Below are positions 1-7,527 of a stretch of DNA of 10,123 nucleotides, in pieces. Below the pieces are notes generated by a model. The model had not been told where the DNA came from and ran no database searches. It worked only from the letters and a program-made list of their open reading frames with translations. Positions within the stretch are counted from its first letter, which is position 1; each line of letters begins with the position of its first letter. Both the position numbers and the translations under genes were made by a program. Source of the stretch: an uncultured archaeon (GTDB lineage: Archaea > Asgardarchaeota > Heimdallarchaeia > Heimdallarchaeales > Kariarchaeaceae); contig CAZYCQ010000085.1 in assembly GCA_964645535.1 (NCBI GenBank), positions 1-10,123 of the forward strand, read 5' to 3'.

Positions 1-170
1 TTAACATAGAGGATAAACTATCAATTGATCTAGAACTCGACAGGTTCAGCAAAATGATCAATCTTGAGAGGATTGTGGATCCTGTGGAATTTGCGAATAA
101 GTTTTCAATCGATAAAAAGGATGCCAGATTTTTTCAAATTGTTCAACAGGCAATAATGAAAATTCATTGA
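1..170 (+). CDS. Partial CDS (3' end), hypothetical protein
   Basis: Frame starting at base 3 is open from the window edge to TGA at 168-170: NIEDKLSIDLELDRFSKMINLERIVDPVEFANKFSIDKKDARFFQIVQQAIMKIH*. Protein-like composition, same strand as SRP54; no family recognised. Confidence 0.7.
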   Translation, partial: NIEDKLSIDLELDRFSKMINLERIVDPVEFANKFSIDKKDARFFQIVQQAIMKIH

Positions 171-229
171 AAATGTTCGATAAATGATACAACCTTTTTC
201 CTTAAATATTCTGAAATCAAAATCAATTT

Positions 230-1579
230 GTGGTATTGCGTTCCTTAGGAAAATCCCTCCATGGTGCAATAAGCAAAGTATTGAGACGCGGTCCAATTGA
301 TGCAGAGCTTATTCGTGAACTAAAAAATGAGATATTTAAAGCACTCTTGGAAGCAGACGTAGAAATAACAATTGCAAGTGAAGTTGTCAATAAAGTTGAA
401 CAACGTTCTTTAACTGAAAAACTTCCGCCTGGCTTAGAAAGGAACAAGGCTGTCATCAACATTGTTTATGAAGAATTGACAAAAATAATGGGTGACCAAG
501 CCTACCCATTGAATCTTTCAAAAGATAGAACAAACATTTTGATGGTTGTAGGAATACAGGGTTCTGGGAAAACAACCACAATAGGAAAGCTTGCCAATTA
601 CTTGAAAAAGCAAAAATGGAACGTTGGACTTGTTTGCACTGACACTTGGAGGCCTGGAGCCTATGAGCAACTTTTGCAGTTAGGGGAACGTGCAGGAGTG
701 GACGTTTTTGGTGATCCAAAACAGAAAAATGCAATTAAATTAGCAACTCAGGGTGTAAAAGAATTCCGAAAACAGGGGAAAAACGTAATTATCATAGATA
801 CAGCTGGTCGCCATAAAGAGGAAGCAGATCTCATTAAAGAAATGAAAAAGCTTGACAAGAAACTTAAACCTGATGAAATTATTTTGGTGATTGATGGAAC
901 TTTAGGTCAAAAAGCTAAATCTCAAGCCATAGCATTCAAAGAAGCCACTCCAATAGGTAGTATAATTGTAACCAAACTTGACGGGACTGCAAAAGGTGGT
1001 GGTGCAATTTCTGCATCTGCTAGTACAGGTGCCCCTATCAAGTTTATTGGTGTGGGCGAAAATATTGATGATTTCGAACCATTTGACCCGAAAAAATTTG
1101 TTGGAAGGATTTTGGGATTAGGTGATTTAGAAACCTTATTGGAAGAAGTTAAAAGAGCAGAACTTCAACTTGATGAGGATCGAACCAAAGAAATCATGAA
1201 AGGCCATCTTACTTACCGCGATATTATCACAATGTTTGAATCCATGAATAAGATGGGTGGGTTCAAAAAGATATTGGATCTTCTTCCGGGTGGAATGGGT
1301 CATCAATTGGACGACAATATGTTGAACATGAGTAAAGAATCAATGAAAAAATACAAGACCATCATCTCTTCAATGACGGACAAAGAAAAAGATGCCAAGG
1401 TAAAACTTAATCGTTCAAGGGTTGAACGCATTGCTCGTGGAAGTGGAACCTCTATCGAAGACGTCAAAGAATTAATCAACCAAAAGAAAAATGCAGAGAA
1501 AATGGTTAAGCAGATGACAAAACCGCGTAGAGGGAAAAAAGGTATGGCTGGACTCCCATTTAATTTTCCCTTTCCATAA
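230..1579 (+). CDS. srp54: Signal recognition particle 54 kDa protein (SRP54/Ffh)
   Basis: N domain ALLEADV; GTPase motifs GIQGSGKTTT, DTWRPGA, DTAGR, TKLDGTAKGGG; Met-rich M domain with IISSMT and RVERIARGSGT. GTG start gives an archaeal-type MVLRSLG N-terminus. Confidence 0.98.
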   Translation: MVLRSLGKSLHGAISKVLRRGPIDAELIRELKNEIFKALLEADVEITIASEVVNKVEQRSLTEKLPPGLERNKAVINIVYEELTKIMGDQAYPLNLSKDRTNILMVVGIQGSGKTTTIGKLANYLKKQKWNVGLVCTDTWRPGAYEQLLQLGERAGVDVFGDPKQKNAIKLATQGVKEFRKQGKNVIIIDTAGRHKEEADLIKEMKKLDKKLKPDEIILVIDGTLGQKAKSQAIAFKEATPIGSIIVTKLDGTAKGGGAISASASTGAPIKFIGVGENIDDFEPFDPKKFVGRILGLGDLETLLEEVKRAELQLDEDRTKEIMKGHLTYRDIITMFESMNKMGGFKKILDLLPGGMGHQLDDNMLNMSKESMKKYKTIISSMTDKEKDAKVKLNRSRVERIARGSGTSIEDVKELINQKKNAEKMVKQMTKPRRGKKGMAGLPFNFPFP

Positions 1580-1626
1580 CATTTGATACTTAAATAATAA
1601 ATAGATTAAACAATAGGTTATTTTCA

Positions 1627-2151
1627 ATGGACTATACTTCTTTTATGATTTTACTTCTTCCCATGCCTCCTCCCAAAAAACGGGATTTGTCATTTCCAGA
1701 TCCAAAATCGCGTTATCCTTGGAATAAGGCGTTCGAACTTATTGGAAATTTCTTTTGTTTGAGCAATAGCTTTAACTATAGCCATTCTTCCCTAGTTGTA
1801 TATCCTTTTGAAGACCAAACTTCGCTCATTCTTTTTGTTGGGGAAAAGCTAAGATATCTTTCTCCTTCCATTCGATCAGTGGGGTCTCTCTTCGCAAAAG
1901 CACACCTAAAATTAGCAAATTCTTCTCTACATGAATGGTCGTTGTCTACTCCCGGAATATTTTACTCTAAACATCACCATACAGAGCTACCATTGAATTT
2001 TATTTTCCATTTTGATCAGTTTTTATTGGAAAGAAGGCTTTCTTTTCCTTCCGAATTGAACAACATCCCCCAAAATGTAATTCTCTTTGATCTAACCCAA
2101 CAAAACATACTCTCTCCATATTTTGAACTTCTCAAACGAATTTATGTATAA
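1627..2151 (+). CDS. Divergent, C-terminally shortened TrmY-like protein (tRNA pseudouridine54 N1-methyltransferase, SPOUT/COG1901 family); possibly inactive or decaying
   Basis: Three ordered blocks match TrmY as recalled: FFCLSN (aa 42-47, cf. FFLSH), ILFVGEKLRYLSPSIRS (aa 68-84, cf. IKFVGSELKKVSPDERN), WSLSTPGIF (aa 104-112, cf. WNQSTPGIY). The GRLD and GDHxG motifs and the final knot/helix segment are not recognisable. Proximity to srp54 and pus10 fits. Confidence 0.7.
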   Translation: MDYTSFMILLLPMPPPKKRDLSFPDPKSRYPWNKAFELIGNFFCLSNSFNYSHSSLVVYPFEDQTSLILFVGEKLRYLSPSIRSVGSLFAKAHLKLANSSLHEWSLSTPGIFYSKHHHTELPLNFIFHFDQFLLERRLSFPSELNNIPQNVILFDLTQQNILSPYFELLKRIYV

Positions 2152-2155
2152 TCTA

Positions 2156-4252
2156 CTAAAAACCTTGATACCTACTCAAAATTTCATCCGTTTTTTTGTG
2201 AGGATCCAGCCAACCGAATGAATTCACCTGAATTACAATTTCATCATTATCCTCTACTGATTTTCCTTTTACCCAAAGAGGTTTCAACAAAATTTTTTCT
2301 TTTATTTGCTCAACAACAGCTTCATCTTCTCCAACTCTTTCATTGATATCAAAGGCTTCCTGTGCTGAAAGACCAAAAAGCTTTTCTGCTTGATCAGAAA
2401 AGAATTTTGCCTTCATTGTCAGCGTACTGGCATCATCAAGGGTAACAGTAACAATCATTCTCTTTACCGAATTTTCAACAACTCCATGTTCTTTGCATAC
2501 AAGGTCTCCTGTATCATTTTGTGTGACTTTTCTTGGACAAAAGGGACATGAATCATAAAAACCGATTTTTGGGAATATCTTTACTATTTTTGCTTCTACA
2601 TAGACATTCATGCCTGCTTGAATTTTATCTAACTCTAAAGTTTCATAGATATTTTGCTTCAATTTATCTGCAGTTTGAAGAAGGGTATTTGTATCATCGA
2701 AATCGTCAATTTTTCGTATTTTTGAATTTCTTCCCAAGGTGATTGAAACTCCATAATCGTCTCTTCTCCCTCTTCCTAATTGTACTTCAATTGTATCTTC
2801 TGCCTTAAGATTCTTGATGAGTTCTCTATCATCATCCCATGCCGCAAGGCGTCCTGTTTCTCCATTTTCATCAATAACCTCTACATTGATGACATGGGCT
2901 TCAGTATTATCCACTTTCCTGATTGTTGTTCGTTCAACTGGATCTGAAATTAGCTTTAGTCGAATAAAAATCCCTGTCATTCTGTCCTGTATATCTTCAA
3001 AAGTGATATGGGGTATAGATATTTCTTTCTCATCTATATCTGGAGGATTCTTTATTAGTTCACTATATTTCCCAAAGTTCAATTCCACTCTTTGAGAATA
3101 ATCACTGTAACGGGTATATGCGTTATTGATTTTAATTACATCATCAACCTGTAAACCTTCTAATTTTTCAATGTCATCATTCCAGAAATTAATGTTGATT
3201 ATTCCCGTTGCATCACCCAATGTAATGGATCTAAGCTTCCCTTCACCCTTTTCAGACATAAATTTGACTTCATTGTTGATAGAAACTATTTTTCCAAGAA
3301 CCGAGACATTTTTGGTTTCTTCTGTTATTTCCCCAATGCTTAAAAGTGGAACTTCAAATGACCCTTTTTCATACTTGAGATTTTCTAGTTCCTCAGAAAC
3401 GAAAGGAGTTATGGATGAATATGATCGAAAAGTAAGTTCTGGGTATCCATTATTATTGATGAATGCCTTTAACCCTGTCAATTTGACTGTTTGTCCTTCG
3501 TCAAATGCTAATGCCCTGCTAGTATCGTCATCCCAAAAGGTAACACGTATCTTTCCACTGGTATCCATTATAGTTAAACTTGTTACCTTTCCAATTGTTC
3601 CATCATTTCTTTCAAATTCAGTTACCCCCCTTCGTTCAACAATCTTTCCAACAATTATAACGTTTTCCATTTCTTGGTTTATGTCTCTGATAGGTATTAA
3701 TTTTCCTTCATCAACTTGAGGGAAGTCTTTGTCATTTACACCTATAATATTAACATCTATTGTTGCACGAGAACCAATATTTAACTCAATATTCCCATTA
3801 AGACCCATTCTTGGCTCTGCATTGGCTATTCTGATGATGCGTCCTGGGTGGAGATCCAAATCGTCAACCAACTTTGTTTTTTCATTCCACAATGTTGCAT
3901 AAATCGACCCAGAATCATCAATGAGTTCTAATCTTCGCAATTGCCCCGGTGTGTTGTCCTTTCGCATGAAATGCTTTGTATTGTAGACCTTGCTTATTCT
4001 TGCGTAAAGAGAAATGGGTCCCATGCCTTCAATAATGTCACTTATCTTTACCATGCTGCTTGATTTAACTGAATTATCTGTTAATGGGACATCTAGGTTA
4101 TTTGCAAGTAAATAGGCTGCTCCTTGTTCATTAACAAAATTATTTAGGCTTTCTCTTGTTTTAGCCACCATATCCTTTACTTCTTCATAGGACTTCCCTG
4201 TATGTTCCATTATCCGCTTAATTACTTCTTCTGCGCTTAATTGTTTACTCAT
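2156..4252 (-). CDS. rpa1: Replication protein A large subunit (Rpa1/RPA70-like): N-terminal helical domain, 5 OB folds, zinc finger
   Basis: Repeated OB signature (LIDDSGSIYATLWNE, IMDTSGKIRVTFWDD, LGDATGIININFWND, VIDENGETGRLAAWDD, VTLDDAS). CPFC-x13-CKEH lies within the last OB. N-terminal GAAYLLANNLDV helical domain. ATG at 4252 is preferred over TTG at 4288 because a TATA-like box at 4304-4311 would put the transcription start downstream of 4288. Confidence 0.93.
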   Translation of the reverse strand: MSKQLSAEEVIKRIMEHTGKSYEEVKDMVAKTRESLNNFVNEQGAAYLLANNLDVPLTDNSVKSSSMVKISDIIEGMGPISLYARISKVYNTKHFMRKDNTPGQLRRLELIDDSGSIYATLWNEKTKLVDDLDLHPGRIIRIANAEPRMGLNGNIELNIGSRATIDVNIIGVNDKDFPQVDEGKLIPIRDINQEMENVIIVGKIVERRGVTEFERNDGTIGKVTSLTIMDTSGKIRVTFWDDDTSRALAFDEGQTVKLTGLKAFINNNGYPELTFRSYSSITPFVSEELENLKYEKGSFEVPLLSIGEITEETKNVSVLGKIVSINNEVKFMSEKGEGKLRSITLGDATGIININFWNDDIEKLEGLQVDDVIKINNAYTRYSDYSQRVELNFGKYSELIKNPPDIDEKEISIPHITFEDIQDRMTGIFIRLKLISDPVERTTIRKVDNTEAHVINVEVIDENGETGRLAAWDDDRELIKNLKAEDTIEVQLGRGRRDDYGVSITLGRNSKIRKIDDFDDTNTLLQTADKLKQNIYETLELDKIQAGMNVYVEAKIVKIFPKIGFYDSCPFCPRKVTQNDTGDLVCKEHGVVENSVKRMIVTVTLDDASTLTMKAKFFSDQAEKLFGLSAQEAFDINERVGEDEAVVEQIKEKILLKPLWVKGKSVEDNDEIVIQVNSFGWLDPHKKTDEILSRYQGF

Positions 4253-4303
4253 TCTTTTCACTGCCTCGGAAAAGTTTCCGGTATTCAAATCTTGCTATTA
4301 TGT

Positions 4304-4320
4304 TACTTAAACTTTCTTTG
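4304..4320 (-). promoter_or_regulatory. Putative BRE/TATA promoter of rpa1
   Basis: Minus strand reads CAAAGAAAG-TTTAAGTA: purine-rich BRE followed by an archaeal TATA-like box, about 50 nt upstream of the ATG at 4252. Confidence 0.6.
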
Positions 4321-4344
4321 GAGGGTAAATTAAAAGTAAATTCT

Positions 4345-6042
4345 TTATTCTCCTTCTACTAGTTTTTTCCGTAGAATTTTTCCAATCATTGATTTTGGTA
4401 ATTCATCACGGAATGTCACTTTCTTTGGAACTTTGTAGGGTGCCAAATTCTCTTTACAATATGCGATTACCTCTTCTTCAGTCATGACTTCTCCTTCTTT
4501 GAGAACCACCCATGCTGCAACAATTTCTCCTTTAACAGGGTCGTTTATTCCAGCAACAGCTGCCTCCAAAATTTTAGGATGTTCATAAAGAACTTCTTCT
4601 ACCTCTCTAGGAATAACATTATATCCTGAGACAATAATGAGGTCTTTTTTCCTATCTACAATGTATGCATATCCTTCTTCATCCATTTTTGCAATATCCC
4701 CTGTATGTAACCACCCATCAATGAGGGTCTTTTTGGTTTCTTCAGGTTTGTTCCAATATTCTTTCATCACTTGTGGTCCTTTAATACACAATTCGCCAAT
4801 TTCTCCAATTTCAACAATTGTTTTACCATCCTCAGAATCTACTATTTTAACATCCGTATCAGGCACAGGTAATCCGATTGAACCAACCTTAGGTTTGATC
4901 TTTGTGCTTCCAACAGGATTTGCATGGGTGACTGGACTGGCCTCAGAAAGACCATATCCTTCAACTAAATCCCCTCCTGTAACTTCTTTGAATTCCTTGG
5001 CGACCTTAAGTGGTAAGGGTGCTCCTCCAGAGATTACTGCAATCAATGATGACATGTCCGTTGTTTCTGCTTTGGGATGATTTAATATTGCAACAATCAT
5101 TGTTGGAACCGCAGGGAAAAATGTAATTCGATGTTTTTCAATTAGGCTCAAAACCTCTCCTGCATTAAACCTCGCGACTAACACCATTGGTACTCCTAAT
5201 TGCAGGGAAAGCCCTAATCCTACTGTAAAACCGAAGCTATGAAAGAGCGGTAATGCAACCAAAATACTTCCTCGTTTTTCTGGAACTGTGTTGATGACTT
5301 CTCTTGTTTGTTGGGCATTATAACTAATATTTCGATGGGTAAGGGCAGCCCCTTTGGAAAGTCCTGTGGTTCCTCCTGTGTATTGAAGCACTGCTATGTC
5401 ATCTAGATCCACTTCTTCCTCGATAAATCCTTCTGGATTCAACTGCATGACTTCCTTAAAAGAATAATTATTTGGGATGGGCTTTAATTTTGGATCATCG
5501 AGCTTCTTGAGAAGTTTTCCTAAAAATGCAGTTAACGGTTTCAGAAAATCTGAAATATTTCCACAAATTATTATTTCAAGGTCGGTTTCTTTTGCAACTT
5601 CATTTACTTTATCTTGAAACAGAGTAATGGTAATAATTGCTTTTGCTCCCGAATCTTTCATTTGATGTTTTAATTCTCGGTGGGTATAGAGAGGATTGGT
5701 CTGCACAACAATTCCTCCCAATGATGCAACGGCAAAATGGGCAATAATATAATGTGGTGTATTTGGAAGCATAAGAGCGACTCTGTCCCCTTTTTTGATC
5801 CCTAATTTTCTTAATCCTCCTTGAAACTGTCTCACTGCATTCAAAATTTCACTGTATGTCAACGTTTTTCCCTTTGGAAAAATCACCATTGGGTCATTTG
5901 GTTCATTTGTTGCCCTATGTTCCAAAAACTTGAATGGAATGAGTTCCTTGTACTCTAGGCTGGTCTTTCTAACTCCTTCCAATGTTTTTAACCATGGTTT
6001 TGGTATTTCCTCACTTGTCATTCTAACATTTATTATCCTCAT
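4345..6042 (-). CDS. fadD: Long-chain fatty acid--CoA ligase (FadD/LcfA-like ANL adenylate-forming enzyme)
   Basis: AMP-binding motif YTGGTTGLSKG, LPLFHSFG, EGYGLSE, GWLHTGD, DRKKDLIIVSGYNV, and PKSMIGKILRK with the catalytic Lys. Start may be the second ATG at 6021 (MTSEE). Confidence 0.93.
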   Translation of the reverse strand: MRIINVRMTSEEIPKPWLKTLEGVRKTSLEYKELIPFKFLEHRATNEPNDPMVIFPKGKTLTYSEILNAVRQFQGGLRKLGIKKGDRVALMLPNTPHYIIAHFAVASLGGIVVQTNPLYTHRELKHQMKDSGAKAIITITLFQDKVNEVAKETDLEIIICGNISDFLKPLTAFLGKLLKKLDDPKLKPIPNNYSFKEVMQLNPEGFIEEEVDLDDIAVLQYTGGTTGLSKGAALTHRNISYNAQQTREVINTVPEKRGSILVALPLFHSFGFTVGLGLSLQLGVPMVLVARFNAGEVLSLIEKHRITFFPAVPTMIVAILNHPKAETTDMSSLIAVISGGAPLPLKVAKEFKEVTGGDLVEGYGLSEASPVTHANPVGSTKIKPKVGSIGLPVPDTDVKIVDSEDGKTIVEIGEIGELCIKGPQVMKEYWNKPEETKKTLIDGWLHTGDIAKMDEEGYAYIVDRKKDLIIVSGYNVIPREVEEVLYEHPKILEAAVAGINDPVKGEIVAAWVVLKEGEVMTEEEVIAYCKENLAPYKVPKKVTFRDELPKSMIGKILRKKLVEGE

Positions 6043-6193
6043 AATTTTTAATTTCTTGTGTGAAAAATAATTTTAATTTTCAACAAAACCCACAAAACTA
6101 TATCCTATTACTTGGAAATATAACATCTGTCATTAACTTTTCTTTTCTTGATGAAATCATGCATACTGTTTTCTAGTTGAAAAATAAGTTTAA

Positions 6194-7423
6194 TTGGTGA
6201 AACAAAGAGAAGTTGATATTTCTAAGTTAGAAGAAATTTCTCAATCTATCTATATATGTCCACGATGTATTGGCAGAACTTTAGGGCGTTTTAAATCAGA
6301 TTTGCCAAACATAACTTTACATCAATTTGAAACTCTTCCAGATTCAATAAAGCAGATGACCGTAGACAAAGACCAATGTGATTTATGCCACGGAATTGTC
6401 GATAAGGTCTTACGGGGCGTTCGTTCAATTATTGATGATATTCAGTCCATTGAATTTAATTCATTCCTTGTTGGTACCAGCTTCAAAACAGACCTCTTTA
6501 CCAATGCAGATAAATTGCTTTCAAAATATGGTTTTTCTCCTTTAACCTTGAAGCATGAAATTAATCGCGAAGTGGGATTGATGATTTCTCAGCTAACAAA
6601 CAAAGATGTAGACTTTAATTCTCCAGACCTGAATATCATTATTGAAATTAAGGGACTTGAGAAAATACGATTCAGAACAAAACCTAAATCTTTGTACTTT
6701 TATGGGAGATATAAAAAGCTTATTCGTGGCATTCCACAAACAAAATGGCCTTGCTCAATTTGTAAAGGAAGAAAATGCGAAAAATGTGAATACACAGGTT
6801 TTCAATACAGGACAAGTGTTGAACAAATAATTGCCGCTCCTTTCCAAAAATCTTTTGTGGCTAAATCAAGTAGCTTTCATGGTGCAGGAAGGGAAGATAT
6901 TGATGCACTTATGCTTGGGACTGGTAGACCTTTTATTTTAGAATTGAAAGAACCAATGAGACGGACTGCTAATCTTTCTGAAATCATTGAAAAAATCAAT
7001 TCCTCCAAAACAGTCGAAGTTTTTGATCTTAGAGAATCAAGCAAAGCTGAAATCAAGGAAATAAAAAGCAAATCTGAATTCACAAAGAAAAAATATAGGG
7101 CATTAGTCGAATTTGAAGGAACCCTGCCAAAAAATCTTATTTCTCTTTTTCCGAATTTCCCAATAATAATTAATCAACGAACTCCCAACCGGGTTTCACA
7201 TCGAAGAGCAGACCTCATTCGTAAAAAGAAAATTTACAATGTTGAAATTTTTCCACTAACCAATGATCATTTTGAAGTCTTTATTGAAGCTCAAGGTGGT
7301 GCTTACATAAAAGAATTTATTTCTGGAGATGATGGTAGGACACAACCTAATATCTCCTCAATTCTAGGGATTAAAGCAAAATGCAAAGAACTTGATGTTC
7401 TTTCTGTGGGTGAAAAAGAATAA
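6194..7423 (+). CDS. pus10: tRNA pseudouridine(54/55) synthase Pus10
   Basis: N-terminal CPRC...CDLC, THUMP-like region, GRYKKLIRGIPQTKW, catalytic GAGREDIDALMLG, QRTPNRVSHRR, GGAYIKEFISGDDGRT. TTG (6194) or GTG (6197) start. Confidence 0.97.
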   Translation: MVKQREVDISKLEEISQSIYICPRCIGRTLGRFKSDLPNITLHQFETLPDSIKQMTVDKDQCDLCHGIVDKVLRGVRSIIDDIQSIEFNSFLVGTSFKTDLFTNADKLLSKYGFSPLTLKHEINREVGLMISQLTNKDVDFNSPDLNIIIEIKGLEKIRFRTKPKSLYFYGRYKKLIRGIPQTKWPCSICKGRKCEKCEYTGFQYRTSVEQIIAAPFQKSFVAKSSSFHGAGREDIDALMLGTGRPFILELKEPMRRTANLSEIIEKINSSKTVEVFDLRESSKAEIKEIKSKSEFTKKKYRALVEFEGTLPKNLISLFPNFPIIINQRTPNRVSHRRADLIRKKKIYNVEIFPLTNDHFEVFIEAQGGAYIKEFISGDDGRTQPNISSILGIKAKCKELDVLSVGEKE

Positions 7424-7527
7424 TTGCAGATGCTACAGTTCAAAACTTATCTTATACTAGGTTTTTGAAACTGTTGACCCAATAACCAAAAGAAATTAAA
7501 GGGTCACTAGGGCAGACATATAAGTAA

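Noticed and set aside
105-734. Short ORFs overlapping srp54, and similar ones inside pus10, DP1 and the wHTH gene
   Set aside because: Overlap well-supported genes and have no recognisable motifs.
3126-3719. 197-aa plus-strand ORF, plus 2533-2742 and 2814-3095
   Set aside because: Antisense shadows of rpa1; S/F/I/P-rich translation typical of a reverse-complemented real gene, with no motifs.
4637-5080. 147-aa plus-strand ORF
   Set aside because: Antisense shadow of the conserved fadD core.
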